A stretch of DNA of 64,000 bases from Octopus sinensis (Eukaryota). The position numbers and the translations under genes are program-made. The stretch spans positions 39,184,001 to 39,248,000 of the forward strand of contig NC_043005.1 of assembly GCF_006345805.1 (NCBI RefSeq). Direction: 5' to 3'. The stretch's first letter is position 1; the number at the start of each line of letters is the position of its first letter. Of the stretch, positions 1 to 12,799 are shown piece after piece. The notes beneath the pieces are model-generated. The model ran no database searches and was not told the DNA's origin. It saw only the letters and a list, made by a program, of their open reading frames with translations.

Positions 1-666
1 AGGAAATAATTTGGAAGAATGGTTCGATGCGTTGATGCATTAATAATAAGTGATACATTTTAAGCTCCGTTAACAGTAACATCGGCTTATTTATATAATT
101 ATATATACTGTCACGGCTAATTTCTGGAACAGGGAGACGCCTGAAGTTATGAAGCACACTCAATGTAAATTTATTGCTCAAATGCATATGTATATGTGTG
201 TGTGTGTGTGTGTGCGCGCGCACTCGTGTTTTATGTGTGTGTATGTGTGTGTACGATTTCTGAAATTTTAAAGTATTTGAAATTTTCCTGAAGGGAAGAA
301 ATTATTTTCTAACATATAGAAAGCTCTATCGCTGGAATGTATATCGCAAAAAAACAACGACATATTTTGAAGTAGAGGTAAAACTTGCATATATTTACAG
401 TTCTTATTACAGACCGTATCTGTAGTGTACGAGATAACTGCGGGGTCGTTACATTTTTCTTTCCTAAAGACTCCTTTTGAGGATAACAACACTGTACAAC
501 AGTGGCAAAGACTGCTTTATAACAGTGGCGACGAGGATAAACCAACTAGAAGAGGGGCTAATAAACTCACGAAGTTGGTGTACGAATTTTACGAAAAACT
601 CTATAATTATGGAAAATTTACATTATTTACATTTGTCGGATATTTATCCTTATCTTGTTTGTTGTT

Positions 667-712
667 AACACAACGTTTCGGCTGATATACCTTCCAGCCT
701 TCATCAGGTGTC
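667..712 (-). ncRNA. Minimal type I hammerhead ribozyme in PLE pLTR
   Basis: GACAC-CUGAUGA-A-GGCUG(gaagguauau)CAGCC-GAAA-CG-UU-GUGUU. Stem I GACAC/GUGUU, stem II GGCUG/CAGCC, palindromic ACGU stem III, GUU cleavage triplet. Confidence 0.8.
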
Positions 713-810
713 TTGTGGAAATTTCGAACTGCATTCTCATTCCTGAGGTACTTTTCGATTTTTCGATGATGTTGTTGTTGTTATTGTTGTTGCTGTTGTT
801 GTTATTGTTA

Positions 811-879
<69 letters not shown>

Positions 880-883
880 TCAC

Positions 884-950
884 TGTCTGAAATCACACTT
901 GGAATCTTGGCGTTAGTAGCCCGCGCTCTTAACCACTAAGATATATGCCC
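884..950 (-). promoter_or_regulatory. tRNA-like module (Pol III A box, decayed B box) in PLE 3' region
   Basis: Minus strand GGGCATATATCTTAGTGGTTAAGAGCGCGGGCTACTAACGCCAAGATTCCAAGTGTGATTTCAG: D-arm/A-box-like TAGTGGTTAAGAGC, anticodon-arm-like segment, degenerate B box. Confidence 0.55.
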
Positions 951-1620
951 GTGGGCAATTATGGAGTGAATTTTAGGGTTTATAAATCTAATATTTTTCT
1001 ATCCTTCCTTAATACCGGTTCCCATATGCTACTCATATTTGCACTCGGTCTGCTTAGGAGGTTGTTCTCTCCTAGCATATGTGCTGCTTCTTTTAGCTTT
1101 CGTATTTTCCAGTAGTGTTCTCTGTCTATTATTTTAACTTCATCCCACAAGGGGAGGTGGTCTCCATTTTTCTATAGATGATCAGCTATACCCGATTTAT
1201 CAATATCTCCTCGTGTCACAGCTTTGCGATGTTCGTATACCCTTATTTTGAGGGGGTGGCATGTTTCGCCTTTGCATAACCTACCACAGCTGCATGGGAT
1301 GGAGTACATGCAGTCTTTGGTCATTTTGTCTTCTATTGGTGGTTTACTCGAAGGAGATATTTGCGAAGTGTAGTATTGCTCTTGATGTCATATGGGCCGT
1401 ATATCTTTTGCATCTTTTCGGAGAGGTCTTTCACATAGGTTAGACAGACTGTGGGCCGTTTATTGGTTTCATCCTCTCTTTTCTTCATAATTGGAGTGGA
1501 GAGTATGTTTTGGGGGGTAATTGTTGCTTAATAGATTGTTATTGAACTTGATCATTTCTTCGTTGTGTGTATCACGATCGCTACTTATATTCTTTGCTCG
1601 ATGTTTTAGGCACTGAGCAA
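937..1620 (-). pseudogene. PLE ORF remnant: RT C-terminus and GIY-YIG endonuclease (stop/frameshift disrupted)
   Basis: Manual translation: IAQCLKHRAKNISSDRDTHNEEMIK..; CLTYVKDLSEKMQKIYGPYDI; KDCMYSIPCSCGRLCKGETCHPLKIRVYEHRKAVTRGDIDKSGIADHL*KNGDHLPLWDEVKIIDREHYWKIRKLKEAAH. This matches the typical PLE GIY-YIG pattern VYxIPCxCG..YxGET..RxxEH. Confidence 0.9.
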
Positions 1621-1692
1621 TAATAATAATAAAAATAATAATAACATCGAAAAATACCTTAGGAATGAGAAACCAAATACGAAATTTCTCCA

Positions 1693-1738
1693 AACACCTG
1701 ATGAAGGCTGAAGGATATATCAGCCGAAACGTTGTGTT
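1693..1738 (+). ncRNA. Minimal type I hammerhead ribozyme in inverted pLTR copy
   Basis: AACAC-CUGAUGA-A-GGCUG(aaggauauau)CAGCC-GAAA-CG-UU-GUGUU. Stem I AACAC/GUGUU is perfect and the core is intact. Confidence 0.8.
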
Positions 1739-1830
1739 AACAACAAACAATATGAGGACAAATACCCAACAAATGTAAATTATGTAAATAATGTACCTAA
1801 TTCCTCATCTCTTAAATATAGAACTGTATT

Positions 1831-3080
1831 ATGGAAAATGTGTTTGTTGGAGTTGCAAAAGCAGCAACAACAACAGCAACTGTAAGAACAACAGCAGCAG
1901 ATACAACTGCAAGAGCAACAACAGAAGCAACAGCACTTAATATTACTTCAATAAATGTTGCAATTACTGTAGTAACCAGAAAATTCAGAAAAGGTATTCT
2001 CGCAAGACTATGTTCTGAATTCAATAACATAATTCAAATACAATCGTGACAAAGGTGGTACCTTCGAATCATACTACAGAAGATATAAGCAAATCTTCGA
2101 GGAATAATGTAAAGATTGGGACGACGAGTTGAAAACTCGCTTAATCTTGAGAATACTGGCTCCAACAGAACATGAATGATACAGTAAAGTTTAATGACAC
2201 AATATCTAGTGTAAGATTTTCAGTGAAAAAAGCTCCTTGTTCAACACACGGTAGAAGTGTTTGAACATAGAGAAAAATAGTAATGAGCACTATATTACAT
2301 ATGCTGGTTGAGTAAACAGGGAATGGGAGAAGTTTGAGCTGGAAGAATTAACACCAGATATGTTCACATGCCTGATATTTACACAGGGACTAACCGCCGG
2401 AAATGACGCAGAAGGCAGAACGAGAATTCTTGCAAAGCTGGAACAAAGCTTGGATGTAACCTTGCAAAAAGTGTCTGAAGAATGTGAAAGGATACTTAAT
2501 TAAGACACGACACAAAGGAAATTAAGCGTAAAGATTGTTTCCAAGTAAAACCAGTGCAGAATAGTCTGAATAGAAATAACGAGTTTGCTAAAAAAATACG
2601 ACAAACATTAGTATTTAAACCCATGCTTTGCATGTGGTGATATGCACCTGAGAGAAAGTGTCCATTTAAAAAGTGGGGTGTTTTCTTTGTGGAAATATGA
2701 GATATATAAAGTTGCACAGCAGGACGAAGAGGATAAACGTCAGAACAATGAGAAAAAAAGGGAATAGTTTGTTATCGGAAAAAATGGGTAATACAATGAA
2801 CAGACAATTTGTAAATGTGAAAATTAACAATAAAATTGTAAAACTGAAGTTCGACACAGGTAGCGACATAACTATTTTAAATTGAAAAGCGTGGAAATAT
2901 GTCTATAAGCCGAAATTAATTAAATCTAAAAAGACGATATTGTATCGGTGAATGCACATTGTAACTTAAAATATCGAGGTCAATCGGAAAAAGGCTGAGG
3001 TATATGTATTAAAACATTCACTTAATATATTTAGCACAGAGTGGATACAACTATTTCATTTATGGGATACACCCATAAGT
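1831..3080 (+). mobile_element. Ty3/gypsy LTR-retrotransposon gag-protease remnant (K02A2.6-like gag), heavily degraded
   Basis: Poly-Q N-terminus, then SQDYVLNSIT*FKYNRDKGGTFESYYRRYKQIFEE*CKDWDDELKTRLILR, FSEKSSLFNTR, ELTPDMFTCLIFTQGLTA..DAEGRTRILAKLEQ, a CFLCG knuckle remnant, and aspartic protease FVNVKINNKIVKLKFDTGSDITILN (ORF 2673..2885). Confidence 0.8.
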
Positions 3081-3141
3081 GTTATCGGTATGTGCGCCTA
3101 AGTGTAAGCGTGTGTGTCCATGTGTACGTGTGGAGGATGCT

Positions 3142-3499
<358 letters not shown>

Positions 3500-3500
<1 letters not shown>

Positions 3501-4145
3501 CGTTTCCCACGCTATTATCCTTCTCTCTCCACTTTTGCCCGACCCCACCTTGAATACTGCTGTCCACTGTGGTCTCCCTACACAAAACAAAATATTATGA
3601 GAATTGAAGCTCCCCAAAGGTCAATCACAAAAAAGATAGATGGCATGTCAGACCTTGACTACTGGGGTAGACTAGAGAAGCTGAAATTGTATTCACTCCA
3701 ACGACGCCGTGAACGCTACATTATCTGTATGATGTGGAAAATATTCCACCTGCACTGTCCGAATGATGTTGGCATCACCTTCAAAATGCATCCAAGGCTT
3801 GGACCACGTGCCATCCGTCCACAACAAAAATCTAAATCGCATCACATAACGACAATACGGCACAACTATTTCACCTCAATTGGATCTGCTCTCTTCAACA
3901 TTACACCAGGGCACGTCAAAAAAGAAACTGACCACACAAAATTCAAGAAGTTTTTGGACAAATTCCTTCAAACAGTACCGGACAAACCACCCACACCCGG
4001 ATATGTCTCCGCAAACAATAACTCTCTGCTCGAATGGGCCTTGGTGCCCAAATCCTGAACTGAAAGACTTCACCAGGTGGTGCTATTAAGTTAGACATGG
4101 CCTGGGCCAATACTGGCCAAAACCTTTCTAAGTTATTCTAAGTTA
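3500..4145 (+). mobile_element. CR1-like LINE 3' fragment (RT C-terminus, 3' UTR, tandem tail), inserted in (TA)n
   Basis: [61 protein letters not shown]..; stop at 4058; tail (TTCTAAGTTA)x2 at 4126-4145; (TA)n on both sides. Confidence 0.9.
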
Positions 4146-5404
4146 TATATATATATATAAACATTACAACATGAAAGAGATCCATAGAAAATCTAGACAT
4201 CATTTTCACTCCTGCACAAATAGCTCGTTCTAGTTAAGCATTGCCACGAATATTTAATTAAAGAGACGCACGCACCAGCATACACACGCACGTATCCACA
4301 CTCACCCACACGTATGTTTGTAGTATGTTTGTATGTATGTATGTATGTGTTTAGAAGTTCATATATATATATATATGTGTGTGTGTGTGTTTGTGTTTGG
4401 GGTAAACGTATGAGAATGTGTGACAGAGAGAGGGAGGAAGCAGAAAAAAAGAGAGAAAAAATGGGGATGTATTTTTCATTACAATCAATTGCAAGTTACG
4501 CAGTGGCCATATAATATGCGTGTCCACGTTATTGTGCATCTGGGTGTGTATGAGTATTTGTACGGTATGTAATAATATTTTACACGCTGATACATCAAAG
4601 CCCAGTGATAGGCAATCATGCACAGATCCCCACCACACGCAAAGATATATGTGTCTGTGTGTGTGTTCGTGTGTGTGTATACACACTTAGATACTTATAT
4701 GTATAAGTTTATATATATATATATTTATGCTTATGGAGATATATAAAAGCATTCATATATATATATTTATATATATGTGTGTGAATGCTTATATATATCT
4801 ATATCTCCATAAGCATATATATATATATATATATATAAATATGCTTATGGAGATATATAAAAGCATTCACATATATATATATATGCATAAGTGTGAACAT
4901 ATGTATATATAAATACATATATGTATACACACTCACACGCACACACACACACACATACATACACACACGCACTCACTCATGCATACATATACGCTAAGTA
5001 TTTCGAACTGTCTATGAATCAATTAGGCGACGGACGAAATACAGCGAGTTACAAACTATTTCACCCAACGGTTAATTGAAAATTAAAATAGTCTTTGAAG
5101 AAGTAAAAGAAAGCTGATATAGTTCTATAAATCTTTCAAATTGGCATTGGAACATTTTGCAAACAGTGTACGGAACTTCGTGCCTCTTCAAATATCTTTA
5201 TAGATTTTGACGTTTCTTCCAACATTGAAAATGATCAATCTAGACCACTTATACAATAATAGCCTCTCCTTTACTGCCAGCAGTCTAACACAATGCATTT
5301 CAGCATTATCATTTGAAAAGTCCGATAAAAGTTGTAAAGATTTCACTGTGATATGTCGATTATTTATCAGACTAAACGGATATATTTTGATATTGGCCAT
5401 TGGT

Positions 5405-5905
5405 AATTCTTTAGTTGGCTGGGTTGTTAATTTGTTGGTTGGTTGGTTGGTTGGCTGATTGGTTGGTTGGTTGGCTGGTTGGTTGGGTGGCTGGCTGGCT
5501 GTTTGCTTGGTCGCTTGGTTGGTTTGATGGCTGGTTGGCTAGTTGGCTGCTTGGCTGGCTGGTTGGTTGGTTGGTTGGTTGGTTGGTTGGTTGGTTGGTT
5601 GGTTGGTTGGTTGGTTGGTTGGTGGGCTGGCTATTTGGTTGCTGTGTTTGTTGGTTGGCTGGCTAGTTGGTTTGTTGGTTGGTTGGTCGGTTGGTTGGCT
5701 GACTGGTTGGTTTGTTGGTTGGTTAGTCAGTTGGTTGGCTGGCTGGTTGGCTGGCTGGTTGTTTGTTTGATTGGTTGGTTGGTTGGTCAGTTCGTTGGCT
5801 GGCTGGTTGTTTGTTTGATTGGTTGGTTGGTTGGTTGGATGGTTGGTTGGTTGGTTGGTTCATAAGTTGGTTGGTTGGTTGGTTGGTTGGTTGGTTGGCT
5901 GTTTG
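5405..5905. repeat. (GGTT)n/(GGCT)n tetranucleotide satellite
   Basis: Directly visible; the source of the WLVG and QPTN repeat ORFs. Confidence 0.97.
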
Positions 5906-6504
5906 TTTGTCTACGTCAGCTCGCAACTACACAAACTCTCAAAATTGTTAGCAAAAACACAGAATATACAACGAAGTCATACTCCCTTGCGAGTGTCGGC
6001 TGTCCTTTATTTTCTATCGCAAGGCTATGATGTCATTTTTTTTAAATATCAAATATCCTATTACTTCCCATCACAGGCATCTTGTTAGTCCTAATGTCTA
6101 GAGATAAGAAGACAATCAAGTACTTCATATTTCTTCAAGTTTTATTCATATTGTATTTTATTGCTGCTATAAATATGTATATGTTTGTATTTTCTAGCTG
6201 TCAATAGCATAAACATTATTCCTTTATTTTTTTTTATTCTTGAATTTATTTATTATTATAGTTTAGTATTTTATCCAGGTTCTAGAACATCGCATTTTCC
6301 GGGTTTTCCGACCGGAAATTAACAACTCTTTTTTTTTTCTTTAGAAATAAAACTAAAAAAGTTAAAAATAATAATGTAAAATAACAAAAAAAATACAAAC
6401 TTTTTTCCCTTCGATTTTTCTCCCTGAAGCCATTTCCTCAAACACTTAACTTCTCTCCGTTCCTGCTTCTAAATCTTATATTTCCCATTATGTCTCTTTC
6501 TCTA

Positions 6505-6557
<53 letters not shown>

Positions 6558-7414
6558 ATCTCCGTTCTTCCCTCTATCTTTTCGCCTGCACACAATCCCA
6601 ACTTCCTTTTTCACCCTATTTATTTTTCTCTCCAATTTTTCTCTCCTTCCCATCATTAACAATCTTTTTCCTATTCCCCGTTTCCTCACGATCCATTTCC
6701 TCTCTACTCCTACTGCATCTCTGTTTTTTTTTATATATATTCCTCCTTCACCCTTCTTTCCAACATTTTTGTTCCACTCGTTCTGACTCCCTCTCTTCTC
6801 AACTCTTTCCTTACTATCTCTACGTTTCTTTATTCCTCATATCTCCACAGCCCATACTAATTCCATCCCTTTGTAAGGGGTCAATAGCTATAGAGATGAA
6901 TTGGAATTAGTCCAAACAACTATCGTAACCGAATTCCTGACACAAAATCATAAATAAATTGAGTATAGTAACTAGAATTGTTAGACTAACAACGAAAAAC
7001 GTTGGCATGATTCGAGAGTCAATTATTAACAAGAAGAGTTGTATGTCGGGGTACCGTGACAAGTAGAGCATAACATTTCGTAGAGGAAGAAATTAATTTA
7101 TTTTCTTTTTCATCAAAAGACACACACCTGAAACGTTGTTCTCTGTTTCTTCTACGCGACACAGTAGCATACAAATCTTCGTGTCTTCGTTTCTTTGAAA
7201 GAATAGAAATTTCTTTTCCAAACATGCAATCAAATATTTGTAGTAAAACAGATAAACAGTTATGTCTGGAACAAGGATGAAGAAACAGAAAATGCCCTGA
7301 TGCAAAAGCAGACACGCACACACACACATACACACACAGATACACACATACGCACACGCGCACATACACACACGCGTACACACAGTTACTCACTCATACA
7401 CATACATACATAAG

Positions 7415-7467
7415 TGTATAGATAGATAGACAGACAGATAGATAGACAGACAGACAGACAGACAGGC

Positions 7468-7529
<62 letters not shown>

Positions 7530-7597
7530 ACAGACAGACAGACAGACTGACAGACAGACAGACAGACAGTCTGACAGACAGACAGTCTGACAGACAG
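7415..7597. repeat. (GATA)n/(GACA)n microsatellite
   Basis: Directly visible. Confidence 0.97.
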
Positions 7598-8223
7598 ATG
7601 GTCTTACAGGTGTTTCAGGTAAATAAATTATATCCCATTATCAGAGACGAGTTAATACAGTTTCAATAGAGGTAATTAGCAGATTTCATTACACAAGAAG
7701 TTATTTTTGGAAAAGGAGAGGTGCAGAAAGTATAGAAGGAAATATGAAAATAAAAATGCGTATTGGATGTTAAAGTTTGCTGTTCCGTTATCCAGGGAAT
7801 GTACTGTGTAGAATGGGTAACATTCGTATGTAGTCTCTTTTCTCTATCGGCTGTCCTCTACCAATATATTCTCAAAATTTCATTCACACAAGAGCTTTAT
7901 GAATGAACAGCACATACAGTTCATATTTGTACACTATCCATTTGAAATAACAACATACGAACTCCGATCGGAATTTACGCACCATGGACAACAAGCCTCT
8001 TTACTCATTCTACACAGTACATTCCTTGGATAACGGAACAGCAACTTTAATATCCAGCATGTATTTTTATTTTCATATTTCCCTTTATACTTTCTGTATC
8101 TCTCTCTTTCCAGCATAACTTCTTGTATAATGAACTCTATTAATTCCTTCTATTGAAACTGTCTTAACTCTTTTCTGATGATGGGATATAATTTATTCAC
8201 CTGAAACAGCTGTAAGACCATCT
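7596..8223. mobile_element. Inverted pair of ~225-bp PLE-type terminal repeats with hammerhead-like cores (HHR family 2)
   Basis: 7596-7820 is the diverged reverse complement of 8001-8223. Right arm: tttt-CTGATGA-tgggatataatttattcacct-GAAAC-AGCT-GTA-agac (8171-8218). Confidence 0.7.
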
Positions 8224-9229
8224 TTTTCTGTAGTTTATAACAAAAATAAGAAGAATAGAAGAGAAAAAAGAAGGAAAAAAAGGAAACTGCATGTATAATA
8301 CGTAAATTAGAAGCAGCGCTGCGGATGGACCAACACGCACGAGATTGAGACATGGCCGACCTCACACACTTCTCATGAGGAATTACGGAAGGAACATCGC
8401 GAGGCCACTGCTGAGACGCTTCCAAAATTATAAAGAAAAAAAGCCGTTGGAAAACTGATTATAGCAGTGACTGCATCTAAGAAGATCTGAAGAAGCAATA
8501 TTCCGAAATATCATATCAGACTATGGATGACTAAATTACAACAGGTATGTAGCCCATAGTTTGTACTATGGTGCATTGTTGTACCATTCAAAACTTTTTA
8601 TTCTTTATTAATTTTAATGTGTTAATCTGACTGCTTTGTTATTCTGTTTATTCCATAAAATTCATTATCTGTTTATTATAAAGCTCACTGCACTTTATTT
8701 AATAAGTTAACAAGTAGCCATGTCTAGTGAACGTATACACCTGGAAAATGTATGTGGATAGTTAGTTATAATCAGAGATAGGCACGAGGAATCTGAAGTG
8801 TTGTCATCAACTACGTTCGAAACTAGAATAGACAACTCCTAATGTATGCGTTGTTGTTGTCATTGTTGTTGTCGTCGTCGTAGTCGTCATGGCTTGCGAG
8901 AATTCTTATGTAAGAGATGATCAAGCAGACTAATGATCGAAATCGTTCCATTTAGGACAATTCCATCTCTTATTTTTCTACTATTAATTCATCTAGGGCT
9001 GCATTTTTCAATATATTTCTTTCTCCTTTTTTTAAATTATTGAACCAAGTCCTCAACAGAATATTAGCGTCTACTGAGGAACTACTGAGAAAATCGTGAA
9101 TCTCATTGCAACTATGACATTTAATCTGGAAAGAGATCGCTTTGGAACTGTACCACAAAAAATCAGGAAGCAGCAAAGCGGAAGGGAAGGAGAGTCACAT
9201 CACCTGAGACGAGAAATCAAGACCCTCAA

Positions 9230-9800
9230 TAAGCTTAACGTTTTAGTTTTTGTAAGAGTGTAAGAAGTGATTTAAGAAAGATTTTGTCGCTATTTCTAAC
9301 AGTTACACTCACTATTTAGTAGTTGAGAATTGAACTCATGAACCACGTTTGGAGCAGGTGAAAACTTTTAAACAGCAAGTCGAAATTAACTAATTAGACA
9401 TAATACAACCAGTCGGACGTATTGAGATACCAACTGTCGTGCACCACACCGATTAACACTTTTTGAATGCTTATTTGTGGCGTCTTACAGGAACGGTTGT
9501 TATCTTCTGCTGCAAAGCCTATTGGCAATAAACTGAGAAAAGTCAACACTCTAAGAAATCCAATGATGAAGTTTCGACTGAAATTGAATGACTTAGATTT
9601 ACTTAGATTTGATTTCAGACACGGTATGAAGCCAAAACAGCAAGAAAAATATATATTAGTCATTCAAAAACGCAAAAACTGTTAACTTGACTCAAACATT
9701 TATTCTTTCGTGTCATCATTTACGCCGCACCAATTGCGACTTGGTCACTGACGCGATTTCACTGCATCAGAGGCAATAGAATCCTGTCAGCCGTATAATT
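9230..9800 (+). mobile_element. Possible very old non-LTR RT remnant
   Basis: Scattered motifs only: EKSRPSISLT (resembles NYRPISLT) and RVIIYAAPI (resembles RPVLxYAAPxW), with many stops. Confidence 0.25.
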
Positions 9801-10362
9801 TTCTGAAAATTTAACAATGGTTAGAGAGCTGTAGAGTAGAGGTAAATCTTTACGTATTTGTGTTCTTTGTCAATAAATAAAAATGTTGGGTGCTGGATGT
9901 CTCTAAATAGGAGGACGGCCGGGTAAGAAAACGAGTTTAGGACACTAGGCAATGTGGATAATTGTTAAGGTTAACGATTTTTTAGAATGCTATTAATGTT
10001 ACTGTAGGTGTCATCAATTCTAAAAGTGGAGTGCAATGCGCTGACTTAAAGGCTAGGTTATTGAGTACCATGTTTGGCATATGGGATTTTTTAAATTTTC
10101 ATTTCTTTATTTTAAACAGCAATTCGAAATAATCTAATCAGATGTATGTGGAGGAATCTTACTTTATATATACGCATACAGACACAATACCCAGGTGTGT
10201 ATGAAGCTACTCATAAGATAAAATAATTTGGAGGAACTTAAGAGTTAAAAGATTTGCTATGCAGATAGTATGCGTATATTCATTCATATACACACACACA
10301 CGCACTATAGGTGTGCATATACCAATGAATATGCAAACGCTTATGTTCTATATATATATATA

Positions 10363-10759
10363 CTAGCAGTATCGCCCGGCGTTGCTCGGATTTGTAAGGG
10401 AAATAACTATATAAGCATTTTTAGTGAGTTATAGCAAAAAAATAGCAAACAATGCATTAAAAATGGAATAAAAAATGATGGTATTTTTTTTTTTAATCGT
10501 TGACTCATCGTAGACATTTTTAGAGAGTTACTTCCCTTATATAATAGCGAAAAATGCATTAAAATGGAATAAAAATGATGGTAATTTTTTTTTTAAATCG
10601 TAGACTCATCGTAGCCGCGCGCTAATACCCAGAAGGGCTCGATATGAATCACGACTATAAGATACCTGGTTTTGGTTACACTGCACCGCAAAACGTGGGA
10701 GTAGTTAGGAATCTAAATCGTAGAAGACAGACACACAACCTTACTTTTATATATAAAGA
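10363..10759 (-). mobile_element. Non-autonomous Helitron
   Basis: Minus strand begins TC (10759-10758) and ends in a GC hairpin (CCGAGCAACGCCGGG) plus CTAG (10366-10363); inserted between A and T. Contains an internal ~100-bp tandem duplication. Confidence 0.75.
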
Positions 10760-10959
10760 TTTGTGCAACAACTAAAACATTCGGTTGTGCAAATTGTTTG
10801 CACAGGAAACCTGCCCTGTGTGGCGGTAATTGCCGTTTTATGTGGATCTGTTTCAGCTTTTTTAGCGATTTCTGTTTTGGCGACTTCAAGCCATGAAGTC
10901 GTTGTTCTAAAAGAACGCTGGTCTCCTTGACAACGCATTACGACGTTGATTTCCTTACA

Positions 10960-11260
10960 CTCCCTTCCCCACAGCTTCACGAGGGAGGGAAGAAGGGGGA
11001 GAAGCAACACAGGTGCAGCTGTGAGCGTGGACGCCAACTCCGCCGCCATCGACACACGAAAAAATATGCATTAAAATGGAATAAAATATGATGTTAAATT
11101 ATTTTTAAAATCGTAGACTCATTATAGACGCGCGCTAATACCCAGACGGGCTCGATGTGAATCACGACTATAAGATACCCGAATTTGGTTAAACTGCACC
11201 GCAAAATGTGGGAGTAGTTAGGAATCTAAATCGAAGGGGACAGACACTCACACAACTACA

Positions 11261-11265
<5 letters not shown>
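10960..11265 (-). mobile_element. Second, partial copy of the same Helitron family
   Basis: 11065-11260 aligns to 10550-10750 (gcattaaaatggaataaaa..cgcgcgctaatacccaga..gtgggagtagttaggaatctaaatcg); runs into (TA)n. Confidence 0.7.
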
Positions 11266-11351
<86 letters not shown>

Positions 11352-11659
11352 TTATATATATATGTATATATAAGTATATATATATACATATAATATATAT
11401 ACATGTATATACAGACATAGATACATACATATAATATATATATACAGACATAGATGCATACATATACATACATATATATATATATACAGTAAGAAGCGTC
11501 TGTATACAGTACAAAAAGAGATGGTCTTTTGTCATTAGGACAGAAAAGGAAGAAGCGAAAATTTCAATATATTTAAAAGAACATAGAAAGCAGACTTCTA
11601 CTTCTCAAATAGTGAAGACATATAACGCAGCTGGTGGTTAAGCTCTTACCTGTGAATAT

Positions 11660-11890
11660 AGGCTATAGTGGAGACAGACATGAGACCAATGAAGGTGTCA
11701 GACGAAGTGAAACACTCGGGCATGCGATTTTTAAGCCATGTGATTGTGAATATAAAGATGCTTACAGAAGCAGACACTATTTCATCAACTTACAAAACTA
11801 GCCCTGCTGGGAAAAGCCTACATTCTACGAAGACACTATCAATCCAATAATACAACCTAAACAAAACAACTCATAAATATAAGAAACACT
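11660..11890 (+). mobile_element. R4/Dong LINE extreme C-terminus fragment
   Basis: LTKLALLGKAYILRRHY resembles the IQKxALLGTAHILR terminus of Dong/R4 ORFs. Confidence 0.55.
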
Positions 11891-12039
11891 CAATATAGCA
11901 TTTACCTAGTGAAATAAACTTCCACCAGCAAGGTAGAAAACCAACGCATTACACATTCAACACATAATACAAGCAGTAACACAACGAAAGATAGCACAAT
12001 GCCCCAATAAAAAAAAGCTAACACAATACAGTACCGGGA

Positions 12040-12790
12040 AGAGTTTGCACACTCATAACAGCAGATAAGAGCATACACCGTATCAACGAGGGAACAGTAT
12101 TGGGCTTTATCTTTACCATAAAGTTTGAGGTCATCCATGAATAACAAATGTTTGTCCTTTTGTTTGCGGATATTGAATCCATACCCAGCGTTTACTTTCT
12201 TCGGAATCAGTGTTAGTGGTATCTAGCACAGTGCAAAGATCAGTGGGGACAGGCAGTCCCCTTGAAAGATGACCCTCCTGATTTTTACTGTCCCTAAATG
12301 TTCTCCGTATGCTGTCAGGTCCATCCTCCAATTCGCCATACTTTTTCGAAGCAATCACTCAACATTCGATGCAATACCAAATAGGTTCATACATTCCACT
12401 ATCCAAGAATGTGGAATCATATCGTATGCTTTACGATAGTGGATCTATGTTATAGCTAAGTTACTTTTCCTGCTCTTGCAGTCTCTAAGTATAGTTTTAT
12501 CTACCAGGAGTTGATCCTTGGTGCCTCTGTACTTACACTTGCAACTTTTCTGCTCAAGTGGCAGGACTCCATTTTTTCCAGATGTTCGTACGTTGACTCT
12601 GCCAGTTTTCCAGTCAGTAATTGCCACATAAGTGGCAAACAGGATATCGGCCTGTAATTGTCTACCGTATTGCACAGCACTGTCCTAACCAAAGCTACTA
12701 TTTAGATTTCATTCCATTAGCTTCCTCAAACTTCTGATGTACTCCTCAATTTTCGTTTTCATTTCCGTAATTAGTACCCTATCAGATTCT
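12040..12790 (-). mobile_element. R4/Dong LINE reverse transcriptase fragment (degraded)
   Basis: [17 protein letters not shown]; [20 protein letters not shown]; YRKAYDMIPHSWI; IFQGDCLSPL; LLFMDDLKLYGK. Confidence 0.9.
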
Positions 12791-12799
12791 AATGCTCCT

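Larger units (their letters stand above)
616..1795 (-). mobile_element. Penelope-like retroelement (PLE), 5'-truncated, with inverted pseudo-LTRs
   Basis: Minus-strand RT C-terminus/linker plus GIY-YIG remnant (~937-1620), flanked by two copies of the same ~165-bp terminal repeat in inverted orientation (~616-780 minus, ~1640-1795 plus), each carrying a hammerhead motif. Confidence 0.9.

Noticed and set aside
884-950. Functional tRNA gene here or at 37260-37320
   Set aside because: The T-arm/B box or acceptor stem is degenerate and both lie within repeats; treated as tRNA-derived modules.
5415-6088. WLVG/QPTN repeat ORFs
   Set aside because: Translation of the (GGTT)n satellite.
8310-8425. 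GC-richer island translating as TRLRHGRPHTLLM
   Set aside because: Only a faint resemblance to the RLRIGHT motif of I-clade LINEs; too short to call.
8488-8525. CTGAAGAAG..CCGAAA hammerhead-like string
   Set aside because: No valid stem III/UH cleavage site in register with stem I.
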